A DNA stretch of 64,000 nt from Gnetum montanum (Eukaryota > Plantae > Gnetophyta): assembly GCA_015680685.1 (NCBI GenBank), contig MNCI01000556.1, forward strand, positions 1,783,731 to 1,847,730, given 5' to 3'. Positions within the stretch are counted from its first letter, which is position 1, and every line of letters begins with the position of its first letter. Under the pieces are notes generated by a model. It saw nothing but the letters and a program-made list of their open reading frames with translations, searched no databases and was not told the origin of the DNA. Made by a program: the position numbers and the translations under genes. Of this stretch, positions 50,607-61,890 are shown piece by piece.

Positions 50607-51968
50607 GGAGACAAATGGCGTTGATATACCTCCTGGAGTGTGGGCTGTATGCCCAGATCAACAAAGAGCTGCCCGGCCTTGTGTCGCCGGGTGTTGTGTT
50701 CTATTTTGCCCATAGTGACTACTGGTAGCGGCCTCATGAGCCCGTATTCGTCCTGCAGCCTATTTTTCGCGGGGGGTGGGGAAGGCCGAGCTGCCCTGCG
50801 GTTCGTATTGATCCAGGCAGTGGCTGGAGGGGGCGACAGAGCCACACCTTCTGGGCCACCCTCTGTGGGGAGCGGTTGCCTCTGTTCTCTGGGGGGCTGA
50901 GTCCCCCCTCCGACCAGCGCATGCAGGTAAGGTGCATTGGTGGCGTTAGTGGCGTTAGTGGACTCCCTTGCCGTCCCTGCGGGACCCTTTCCGTGCCCAG
51001 TCAACCCAGCCGGCGTCCCCCGCCACCCTGGGCCGATTTGGGTCCCACCTTTCGCAGTAGTGTGAGACCCCCCTGTGTGTTCTGGGCCAGCCCTGCTACC
51101 ACGACCTTTCTTGCCAACAAGGTGTCATCCGTCCTCTGGATCGCGGGTCTGCACCACACTGGCCAGGCAGCCTCCTGGAGTGGCCCTGGGACGCGGCATA
51201 TTTTCGAAATGAATACGAACTCGCTCCTCCCCGACCTCGGAAGCCAACACCAGCACCTCAGGCCATGTAAACGCAGAACCGGGCGTAGCCCATGTGTTCC
51301 ATGCCCTCTGTAATTTGATCAAATTTGATAAAATCCCCAAACGCCTGTGCACATGAGATTAAACATTCAGGGGACCAATATTCCAGAGGTAGGTCGTATA
51401 ATCGGACCCATACCGGCGCCCGAGCAAACAAATTCTTGTCACGGTGGGCACCCGGGCGCCAGGGAGCCAAGGCGAGGCCCCGAGCACCATAGAACCATGG
51501 CCGCCCCCCCACCAGCACCTTTTCTCGGTCTGCCAGGGAAGCAAAGCTAAACAGGAGGCGGTCATCGGCCAGGCATTTGACCGTCACTGTGTCTAACGCC
51601 CATGCAGCCCACGCCCAACGTCGGATCAAATCTAAGGGAGGCCGTATTCCTTCCGACACGAACTTACCGATTAAACTACGGGCCAGAGTTTCCAGCAGAT
51701 CACGATCCGGGCTCTGAACTTGGAGCCTTAACTCAAGCCCCTCGGTGGTGGCCCTCTTCTCCGCAGCTTGCTTGGCTTCTGCTATCCGCTTCCATGTTTC
51801 GCCCGTGGTGTTAGGGTCAGTTGCAAGGACCTCCTCGTTGCCTGTAGCGCCCAGACCGGATTGGCCGTGTACTGAGCTCTCCGCGCCCTGTGTTGGTCCT
51901 GCCCCGCCATGCGCTGAACCTGCCGCGACGTGCGTTACCCCTACCGTTCCCTTTGCCGCTCCTGCCAT
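50603..51968 (-). pseudogene. L1 ORF1 (DUF4283/RRM-type)
   Basis: LIGKF, LLFSFAS..DREKVL.GRPW, APVWVRLYDLPLEYWS, YARFCV. Frameshift near 51260; no CCHC knuckle after FENMP. Stop overlaps the ORF2 ATG (ATGA). Confidence 0.9.
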
Positions 51969-52611
51969 TCCTGTTGTCGTGAATTGCAGGACCATAATGA
52001 TGGACTTAGCAATGCACGGGTCAACTCATAATAAATTTTGCTCAGGCAACCACAACCGTAGACAGGTCGCGACGGTGGTGGGAGTTGCGTGGTGGCGCGG
52101 ACATCGTGAAGGTGGAGAACGTGGGGCTGCGGTAGGCGTGACACCAGTTGACCGTTTACCACAGTTGACAGTGGTTTTTTCGTAGTCTGCTATTAACCAG
52201 AGGAGGAGGGTGGCTTCGGGGAAGGAGGGAAGCTGAGACTCTTCTCTGACGTTGGAGGCCAACAGATGTCAGCAGCAGGCAACACACGCAGACGAGGATA
52301 GGTTCCGCGACAGTAGCCAAGGACGTGAGAGGCACGTCAGTCGCTGCACGTCAGACAACACGTCGGCAGTCAGAAAAGAACGCGCAGCATCAGGTGGGCA
52401 AGGCAGCAGACAGTGGTTTCCCCCTCTGTTTTTGCAGTCTCGCAGGGAGGAAACGGCACGTCTGACAGCAACGCAGGTGCAGATGCCAGCAAGCTCTCTC
52501 CCGTTTCTACTGCAGACACTGAGCAAACAACGCAGCTGCCATCCAGTGATGATGAGGACGTTTTATTGATTAAGTAACAGTGATGATGAGGGCGTTTTAT
52601 TGATTAAGTAA

Positions 52612-54870
52612 CAAGTTATCATCATAGCTTTTGCCCAAAATTTGTTCTCAAGATCACCATCAAAAACATGTACTAAGCTCATTCTAAAAGTGTTCTAAGC
52701 ATTCGTTCCGCAACTCCATTTTGTTGTGGAGTGCTTGAAATGCTCTTGTACTTGAAAATGCCGTCCTACAAAACCTTCCAAATTCATCTAAAAAAAACTC
52801 TCCACCATTGTTTGTCTTGAGGGTATTAAATCTTTTGTTAGATTGGTTCTCAAAAAGAGCTTTATATTCTCTGAATTTATCAAAAACTTCATACTTAAAT
52901 TTTAGAAAGTAAATCCACACTTTCCTAAAATAATCATCTATGAATGACACATAATATTCAAAGCTAACAATAGAAGCCACCAAAACAAGACCAAGTACAT
53001 CACTATGAATGAGATTCAATGTATTTTTATTTCTCTGGTATTTGTAGGAAAGCTTAAATGATGTTGTTTTCCATTTAGCTAATGTTCATAGAGAGGTACA
53101 TGATCTTGAGATTTACCTTTAATTATACCTTTTGAAGAAGCTAAATGGATTTTTCTCCCACATATCCAAGTCTTCTATGCCATAGGTTCATGGTAAAGTT
53201 TTCTTTTTGAGCATGAAGAATTTCAACTTTATCAGGCACTATAATACCATCCAGCTACTATAATCACCCACTACCTTCTCTGAATCTTGTACCTATGATT
53301 GATTTTCCTTGAAATATTCTCCATTTCTTATTTCTAAATATTATAAAAATGTGAAAATCATCAAAATTAGCCATAACTAGCAAATTTTGGTGAGTTCTAG
53401 GACATGATACACCTTGGAAATTACTATTATTATTCCATTACATGACAACTTTACTTTATCATAGCCCTTACCAACACAAGTTTCATCATTCCCAAGAAAA
53501 ATAGGATAGGACATAGCTTCATGGTATTTAGAAAATTATTCTCTTCTAGGATTAAAGCTATATAAAGCACCTCAATCAATATATTAGCAATTATGAGAAG
53601 ACTTACCTTTAGTTGTAATAGCACATAAGCTAGAAGTTTATCCTCAACATTTTTTTTTTATAATCAAATCCATCCTCTTTGTCCTTCTTCTTGAAAAATT
53701 TGCAATCCTTTTTGAAGTAACCATGCTTCCCACAATTCCAACACATTGGAGATTTTCTAGGAGCATCATTTGTAATTTTCTTGAATTTAGTATTATTTTT
53801 ACTAGAGGATTTATTGGACTGTTATTTACATAGTCCCTTAACAACCAATGCTTCAATAGGTACTGGCTTTGAACTCTTTTTCTTAAGTTCTTATGTTATC
53901 AGCCTTTCTACAACTTCATCAAATTTTAATAATGTACTACTGCTAGTATTTTGAGTAATATTATCCCATGATTTCAAAAGAGATTGTAACAAAGAAATAC
54001 ATTGATCCTTCTCTTCTATATTACTACCTATTGATAGCAATTAACTTACAATGGTATTAAAGGTAGCAAGATGAGAAGCAATAGTTGCATTATCACACAT
54101 CTTTACGAAGAATGACTATCTTTAAAGATGTAGTCTATTTGAATAAGAATTTGATTGATAAATTCTACCAACACCATCCCGTAGATCCTTTGTAATCTTT
54201 TCGCTTTTCAAATTTATGAAAAAAAATTGTAATAAATTTTTGTATTATACAAAGAGCCAACCAATCCAAATGAGCCCACACTTGTTCCTTTATATTTGGA
54301 GGCTTAATTCTAGCGATGTAGGCATCTTGGCTCTTTTCCACCATAAGATCTTCCATTTGGACATTTCAAAGATCATAGTTGCTACCATTGAGTTTTACTA
54401 TTTTCTCAATATGTTTAGAATAGCTAGCAATCTTAATACTATTAATGATATAAGAGCCTTGGTGCTCAAATAAACCTTTCTTTGATACCAATTTCTTAAT
54501 TTATATCTTAATTAAGCAAAGTAATAAACTAAGAGCAAGCAATAGAAGTAGAAATTTGATCATGAAATTAGAAAAAATGCACTAATAACAGAAGAATTAT
54601 ACTAGTGAAAGCATACAAAAGCCCCAACAATGGCTTCAGCTGCTAGCAAGGCTTACTTCTGATCAAGCATTACAAGAAAACACATTCAATGGCAAGAGGC
54701 CTTGAATAATGGAGGAGTTTCTCCCTCTCTCACTTGATCACTCAATGTGACTTGATCCTTGATGTAACATTGGTGTTTCCCCATCCTCAAGCCATTACTT
54801 ATATAGGGACTTTACAAGTTAAATGAGGATGGCGACAAAAAATAAAAATAAAATAAAATTTACTATTACA
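52612..54870 (-). mobile_element. Truncated Ty1/copia element (5' LTR, PBS, gag, protease, partial integrase)
   Basis: PBS tggtatcaaa (tRNA-iMet type) at 54490-54481; LTR ~54494-54870 with TATA. gag KLNGSNY and CWNCGKHGYFKKDC, LWHRRLG, integrase LIHSDVLG..YYVSFIDD..TNNGGEF. No RT or RNase H. Confidence 0.88.
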
Positions 54871-54924
54871 TATACCATAATAGGAAGAGAATCATTTTAG
54901 TAAGTTTAATAAAGCATAACTAGT

Positions 54925-55292
54925 TACATGCAGCAGGCAAATTTTTGTTTAAAATAAGCAACACAGCACATAGCCTACAACAATTACACAAGAGAACCAT
55001 TACATCACTAATGGTCTAATCTAATCAATAGACCATCCTTTGCCACTAGACACATTTCATGAAATTCAGCCAAGTACAAAGAAAATTTAAATTTGCTACA
55101 ATACATGCAGCAGGTAGGTTTTTTTTTTGTTTTTTTTTTTAAAAATAAGTAGCACAGCCTACAGTGATTACACAACAAAGCACAACCGTTATATAATTAA
55201 GGGTCTAATCTAATCGATAGACCATCCATTGCCACTAGAAACATCTCATGAAATCCATGCCAAATAGAAAAGAAATTTAAAATTTGCTATCA
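54925..55292. repeat. ~180-bp diverged tandem duplication
   Basis: tacatgcagcagg...ggtctaatctaatc.atagaccatcc.ttgccactaga...aaatttgcta occurs twice. Confidence 0.8.
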
Positions 55293-55519
55293 AATTTGTG
55301 ATATATTTTACAACGTAATGGAAGCCTTATCAGAGTTTACCCATGGGTTTTAAACTTTTGTAGGTTCTGGTTTGGTTAGCCAGGTACTTGATACTGGTTA
55401 AAATACTGATATTTTTGGGCAAAGAAAAGTTGCATTTGTGGTAATTCCATGTCTAGAAACCCAAAAGACAAGGCAACTTTGCATTTTGAAATATGTTTTC
55501 AACAACTGCAAACTAGAGA

Positions 55520-56006
55520 GGAAAACCTTAAAACCAAAGTCTTAACAGAGCCCAAAGTTGCAAGCTGACGCCTCAATCACATACTGCAAGACAAAAGCTT
55601 TTCGCACCCTCTGGAACAAAAGCTAAAAAAAAAATAGAAAAAAAAAAACCACAACAGGAAATTCAAAAGAGATACTACTTAAGAAAAGGTCCAAAGAAGA
55701 AAACCTTAATACCAAAGCCCTAACAAAGCCCAAAGTTTAAGATGACCCCCTAGTCACTTGCAACAAGACAAAAGCTTTTGACACCCTCAGAGATGAAAGC
55801 TAAAAGAAAACCACAACAGGTAATTCAAAAGAGATATTGCTTAAGAAAAGTTCCAAAAACCAAAGCCTTAACAAAGCCCAAAGTTGCAAGATGATCCCCT
55901 CAGTCACTTGCAACAAGACAAAAGGTTTTTGCACTCCCTAGGATGAAAGTTGAAAAAAAAAAAACCACAACAGGCAATTCAAAAGAGATACTGTTTATGG
56001 AAAGGT
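55520..56006. repeat. Three tandem copies of a ~150-180-bp unit
   Basis: accaaag.c.taaca.agcccaaagtt...caagacaaaag.tttt...aaaaccacaacagg.aattcaaaagagata repeated three times. Confidence 0.85.
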
Positions 56007-56099
56007 AATATTATTCATAAAGCCTAGTTCTCAACATTGAAGTTGAACATTGCTAGTAATAGAGCATTTCATACCATATTCAAATTCAATGTAGTTGGT

Positions 56100-57005
56100 G
56101 TTTTGATACTAGGCATCTAGACGACATTTCCAAATAAAGAAAATAATCTCAAATAAGAAGATTTTCTAGGCATTTTGAAAGTGTCGCTTAACACAGTCAT
56201 CTTTGAAGATACATAGAGGGAAACTGATAGAATGGTTAAGAATAAAAACTTGGAGAGACTGACACCACTTCCAAATTTGATGAGAGAACAAGCAATCCTA
56301 AAAGACATGTACAAAAGAGTCATCAACTTAAAAAATGATGAATTTAGGGCAATCAACTCCTAAGCAGTGAAGCCTATGTCCAATGAGAAGACCTTGATAA
56401 ATCAAGGACCAGAAAAAGAAATGGTGCTTAGGTTAGGCCTTGGAAGTCCAAACACAATGAAAAATAGCTTTCCAATGGTGATCCTCAAGATGCATACTAC
56501 ATCTTCTATTTAAAGTGAAAAGTTGGAGTTTTTGCACATGAAATCAAGATTTGGCTTTAGAAAGGCATAGGGAACGTAGAGGGCAACCACCAGACCAAAA
56601 TTAATAAGCATACCAAGGAGTATTATTATGCAACTTAGAAACACCAAAGTTAGAGAGAACATGCTCAATGTGTTGTTAAATAAGAGTATCTTGTCTTTGA
56701 AACCCCCATTTGACTTTGGCATCTTGCAAAGAAAGGGTAGTAGAATCATTCCTAATAGTAAATACTTGAGCAACATGATGGAGATTGTGATCATCAAAAC
56801 CATTGGCTCTGTGAGAGAACTCATCATAAAGACAACCCAAACTCTTTTTAAATATAGGAGACCACTAGATGGAGTGCATGGACAACGAGCTCAAGCTTAT
56901 CTAAGAAGGTTTCCATTGCTAAAAGCCTTGAAGTTGACTCCAACAACACCAAATTTGATTGAACAAGAAAGAACCTTTAATCTTGAGAGAACCCAAAAAA
57001 ATTAA
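56100..57005 (-). mobile_element. Old L1 ORF2 C-terminal remnant (zf-RVT region)
   Basis: Minus strand ~56480-56265 reads WKAIFHCVWTSKA*PKHHFFFWSLIYQGLLIGHRL...DSFVHVF*DCLFSHQIW; boundaries approximate. Confidence 0.65.
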
Positions 57006-58330
57006 AGAATGAAATTATGGATAATCAGGTCACATGTGGTATATATCATTCAATGTTCAAATCCATGAACTTGGTCATGAAGGTTCTTTGTGCAAGTGTG
57101 TGACAATGACATGCATTTTCCAAGTCACATGGTCCATGGCACCTGCAAATATCACATTATTTTAGATGCATTCAAGTATGTATTATATATCATATTTACT
57201 ATTTTACTTTTAATAGATTCATATTGCCATCATATTAAACTCTAAACACAACTTTTTATTTAAATCATATTTTTGGAAAGGCTAACCTTTCTTAGATTTC
57301 TAGATAAAGGAAATCTCTATGAAACTGTAAAAGTGATAAGAAAATTTGGATGATGTAATTTTCTAGTTTATAGGTCATTCGACAGTTCAAGAACATATAC
57401 ATACATCGATATAAGTGGGGTAGTTTCTGGACGAGGCCATGACTTGCATTTCTATGTCAAATGTGCAATTATCCCCAGCCAAAAACATTTTGAGTATAAA
57501 ATCAACTTCTTCTATCCTTTTGGCTAATTTCTATGGCAATTTTAACATTTTTGGTCTGCTTTAATTCACACAAGACGTGTAAACTAAAGTCAAGTTTGTT
57601 GATTTGGCTCTTCCCTTGCAAAAGTTGATGCCAACCAATTAACACCTATGTTTGCTTTCCAACCTTAAACATAATACTACTACGCACATGTGATAAAAAA
57701 AAGAAAGAGGTTAAATGTTCATTTTTCAAAACTGGTCCTGGAAGTCGGTACATAATAAAAGTCTGAACTATTTTCCAAAAACCTGCCCCCAAGATGGACC
57801 CAGTTCTGGCCGACTAATAAACAAGCAACTTATGAGTATTCTCTGTTTATTTCTAGAAACAGAGAGGACGATGACAGCCCTGCTGCTCAAGAACACATAA
57901 CGTGGCAGATAGCCAGATACCATTTCGTTTTTACATTCAATTCACTTTACTTGGTTCCTTCCCATACGTAAGCTTATGATCACACAACAAACGTGCAACA
58001 CAGGATCCATGAAAGAGTGAATCCAATTTGATTTTTATATCGTTTCCTCCTTGACTGCTGTATCATAAAAGCCATCGTTTGGTCACTGAATTCATTTCAT
58101 TAACTTGGCCTTCCTGCAAGGATTCTGTGAGATCTGGATTTTGCACTTTGCAATACATTGTTTTGCATTTTGCAGGTAAAAAGCAACACGCCCATGATGG
58201 TTTATGGTGCCACAGAAAGAACTCAAGAGCATGATACTGATCATGGGATGCAACAAGCTTTTCAGAAATCAGCACTCACCGTTCATGGTACCAGTAGGAT
58301 AAGCAAGAACGGCAACTGCATTTTTTTCAG

Positions 58331-59532
58331 GCAACAGTCAAATCTTCATCATCTTCAACTTGTTTCAACAAAATGAGGTTCTTTGTCTGAGTTGTCAGTT
58401 GCCACTTATCCTCTGCTTTACACTTTACAAGATTCAAAATCCCAGAAGCCTGGAATCTTAAGAATCGTGAATCATGCTTATAGTTGCAAAAATTATTTAT
58501 GAATCATATGAGTATTGTAGTAGCTAAAATCATAATTAAAGATTCCTATGGAAATCCTTAATCATAAAGTCTTAAAATTAAGTTTGAGAAAACTTTGTTA
58601 GAATTGCGATGAAACATTTAGCTTTAACAAGAACTGACCCTTATTTTGTGAATTTCAGCTTTTTGCTGTGAGGATAAATCCTTCCAATATATCACAATAA
58701 TAAATTGTATCTTATTTATCTTCAATTTTTGTGTATCATCTTCTGATTTTTTGGCTGTAAGTTTTTAAAAATTGATTTCCAAGCAGCAACGGTTTCTTGT
58801 AATAAAGGCATTATCAGATTTCCTTGGAGAAAGTATCTAAAACGAATCTTAATTAGTTAATTTTCATGTTTCACATTTTCTCTGAATGATATTCTCATGT
58901 TCCTTGCTTGGTTTCTATGAGCTGTTTTCGTTTGGATGACCAATAACATGTGGTGCGTTTTTACAGAAGCCATGAAGAAAGGCAGCTTACCATGTTCTAC
59001 GGCGGCAGAGTCTACATCTATAACGTCATAGCCCGGCAGGTATTAAATCCACTACTATCTTTTTCTGTTATAATATTATCCCTACTGAATTCCATAATCC
59101 AAAAATCCATTGTCAACGCTATTGACTTAACTATATGTTTGCAGGCGCACCTTGTCTTGTCTGCTGTAGCAGGCTGTGTCAAAAACCGTTTAGTTGAAGA
59201 TCACTGTTCTGCTTCCATCTCTTGCGCTGAGAAAAATAACTGTACTCAGAATAATGATAAACAAATCCAACCATCCGATGGTGAGTGAGACTTTGTATTC
59301 CCTGCATGTGTGGCCATTCCATCCACGGTTTCCACTATTTTATTAGTTATTACAGAAAATTTAGGTAATACTTGTCCTCTCTAACTTTGTTTATGGATTT
59401 TGTACAGTTGCAGTGCCGTTCCTATGGAAAAATTCTCTACCACGGTTTCTGAAGCAAAGAAAACAGCATTGGCTCTGCCAAACCGAAAAACCGGAATCCT
59501 ACCTTGCCAGCGACTTAACTTTGTCCTTGTAG
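58331..59532 (+). CDS. JAZ: TIFY/JAZ-family (jasmonate ZIM-domain) protein; 5' exons not resolved
   Basis: Exons 58331-58377 (tentative), 58967-59039, 59145-59280, 59408-59532, all phase-consistent. TIFY domain QLTMFYGGRVYIYNVIARQ|AHLVL with the usual phase-0 intron; Jas-like AVPFLWKNSLPRFLKQRKQH after a phase-1 intron. Confidence 0.85.
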
Positions 59533-59783
59533 CTGGGGTAAAACTAAAAGACTCTGCAAAAAGAAAATAACTTAGAATTTTAGCTTTTTTGGCCTTTGTA
59601 CATGAAAGAAAAGTTTCTGCATGCCTATTCGGAGTTTTGAACGACGAATAAGTCCTCCGTTTTAACATATCGTAGCTGATTTCAACGATGCAAATGTACG
59701 TATCGCTATGTTTTAACATAAAGATATTCTTTTATGTTTACTGCTCAATAATAACCCAGCCCTTTATTCTGGTGTCGATGTTG

Positions 59784-60021
59784 TTGGCACTTTGTATTTA
59801 AATTTGTTTCAGATTAGTTTGAAACTTGTACCATACAGTCTAAATTTTGTGATGATTGCATGGTTTTCTTAAGTTACAGGTTTATTGAAAGTTGTGAAAG
59901 TTTTTGGCATTTTGTATTTAAATTTGTTTCAGATTAGTTTGAAACTTGTACCATATAGTGTAAATTTTGTGATTGCATGGTTTTCTTGAGTTACAGGTTT
60001 ATTAAAAGTTGTTAAAGTTTT
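59784..60021. repeat. ~120-bp tandem duplication downstream of the JAZ stop
   Basis: ttggca.tttgtatttaaatttgtttcagattagtttgaaacttgtacc... at 59784 and 59904. Confidence 0.9.
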
Positions 60022-60714
60022 AACATAAATATACAAAGGTAACTTTCTTTAAAAAAAAGATAAATGGTTAACAGAAAACCTGAAAATTTTTTCAGTATGT
60101 TTAACGTTATAAAAAAATTTGCCTAAAAAATTCATTTTTAAACAAGCAAAGAAAGTGAAGGAAAAGTAAAACATTACTAGTATTTTTGAACATTTATTAA
60201 AAAATAAAGTACTAGAAAAACTTTACAAAGAAAATATAAAATTTCTTGGTTGTATACTTTACTTTTCTTGAGGGAGATCCTTTTGGATCTATTAGATTGT
60301 CCATTACCATTTTTGCACACTTGAATCCAATCTAGGATATGCGTTTTCCATGCCAAGATAATTAGCATTAAGCTAATACCTAATTGAAGGGGTGTTGTGT
60401 CAATACTAGAACTAATAACTATTTTCATGATACTTTTGTTTATCATAAAGTTGTGTAAAATCAGCATAATATCATAATTGAACCTATGATACTTTTTCTT
60501 GGTTTCCTTACAGTGATTAAACTTTGCCTCATACAGCAAGTACTACCTACAATCCTAATCTCCACAGCACAAGGCTTCATCCTAATCTCCATGCTTTGAG
60601 AAACCATCTGTGCTTTGAGAAACCACACCAATTCCTTTGTAGCTTTCAGCGCTGTTACAGCTCTTTTTTTCCACTATTTTTGTTTTTCACCGTTCTTGTT
60701 CTCCATCTCACCTG

Positions 60715-60950
60715 CGGTAGCTGGTAGCTACCACCGCTGCTTTCGCTGTTGCTGCTGCCGCTATTGTCACCGTCGCCATGCCACTGCCACTGTCGCCGCC
60801 GCACTAATGATGATGCCGTGGCTGCCACTGTTGCCGCCGCACTAATGATGATGCCGTGGTGCAACTACTGCTGCCACTGTGCCACCGCCGCCATTGCTGT
60901 TGCCGCAACTGCTTTCACCGCAGCCGCTACCGCTATTGCTGTTGCTGTTT
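60715..60950. repeat. GC-rich low-complexity (gcc/act/gct) tract with a 39-bp duplication
   Basis: gccactgt.gccgccgcactaatgatgatgccgtgg occurs twice, amid trinucleotide-like runs. Confidence 0.7.
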
Positions 60951-61489
60951 TGTGTCAGTATAATGTAATGTGTTATGTGTTATGTGTTGAGCCTTTTTTT
61001 ATTTTTGGTTTTTTAGTTTTAATTCGTGTTTCTTTTTTGTTGCTTTCTCGTTCTTATTCACCTGTACAAGATCACGTCAAAATATTTTAACCCCAAAAAA
61101 ATTTTAACCCTAAACCACGGCTTAGAATGTTAGCCTTTATGATTATTGGATAATATAGCTTGTTCCTACCTTTGAATTAGATTGGCTGTGTCTACATTTA
61201 TTGATTAAGTTATCATTAAATATTTCTTAAATGTTACACTAAAAACATCTTGCAATGGTGGCCTTTTTCAAGTCAATTCCTATTCCATAGGTTTCAAGGT
61301 TATGTTCCTTTCACAATTGGAGAACATTGACTCTTCCTTCATATGTATGTATGCAAAAGGTGTAGGTACAAAATTTGGAAGTTAGAGGATGGGATGATGG
61401 GGCCAAAATAATGAAGAAAAGAGAATTGGAATGATGTAACCAATTGTTTTATTTTTGTAATACTTGAGCCTAGATTCACTATTTTGGCC

Positions 61490-61600
61490 CAAGATATATA
61501 GTACATTTAGAACTTTATAACTTAGCATTGCCACTAGAATTGAACCTATGACTTGGAGTTTTCAAATAAAGAGTCTTACCACTAGGCTAAGACCTCATTA
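61490..61600 (-). mobile_element. tRNA-derived SINE-like repeat, copy 2
   Basis: Minus strand: A-box-like TAGCCTAGTGG and B-box-like GGTTCAATTCT at tRNA-like spacing. Confidence 0.65.
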
Positions 61601-61778
61601 TTTAAAATCTTGGATATGATAATGTGTTAATGATAACCATCATTTCTATGTTAATGTTATCTACTTGTATTAAAAATGACATTTTAAAATTTGGTTAATT
61701 AAGTAAGTATTAAAAAATTGGTGGTGGTGGTTGGGCAGGGGTATTAAAACCTTGAAATAAATGTAATATAGGTACACC

Positions 61779-61890
61779 TCAAGACATATATTCGAATTAG
61801 AACCTTATAACTCAACATTACCTACTAGAAGTGAACCCACAACTTGGAGATTTCAAATTAAGAGGCTCACCACTAGGCTAACATCTCATT
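61779..61890 (-). mobile_element. tRNA-derived SINE-like repeat, copy 3
   Basis: Minus strand: TAGCCTAGTGG and GGTTCACTTCT; aligns with copy 2. Confidence 0.65.

Larger units (their letters stand above)
46335..51993 (-). mobile_element. Near full-length L1-clade LINE (ORF1 + ORF2), defective
   Basis: 14-bp TSD ataatgatggactt at 46321-46334 and 51994-52007; short A tail at the 46335 end; ORF1 and EN-RT-zf ORF2 present. Confidence 0.95.

Noticed and set aside
57856-58330. Upstream JAZ exons and start codon
   Set aside because: Several AG/GT candidates exist (57856, 58176, 58200), but no unique phase-consistent model with a start codon could be fixed without transcripts.
60524-61090. Ala/Cys-rich ORFs
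   Set aside because: Low-complexity trinucleotide-like tract with no domain or splice support.
61509-61600. tRNA gene
   Set aside because: A/B-box-like motifs are present, but I cannot fold a convincing cloverleaf and the copies share a non-tRNA tail; treated as SINE-like.
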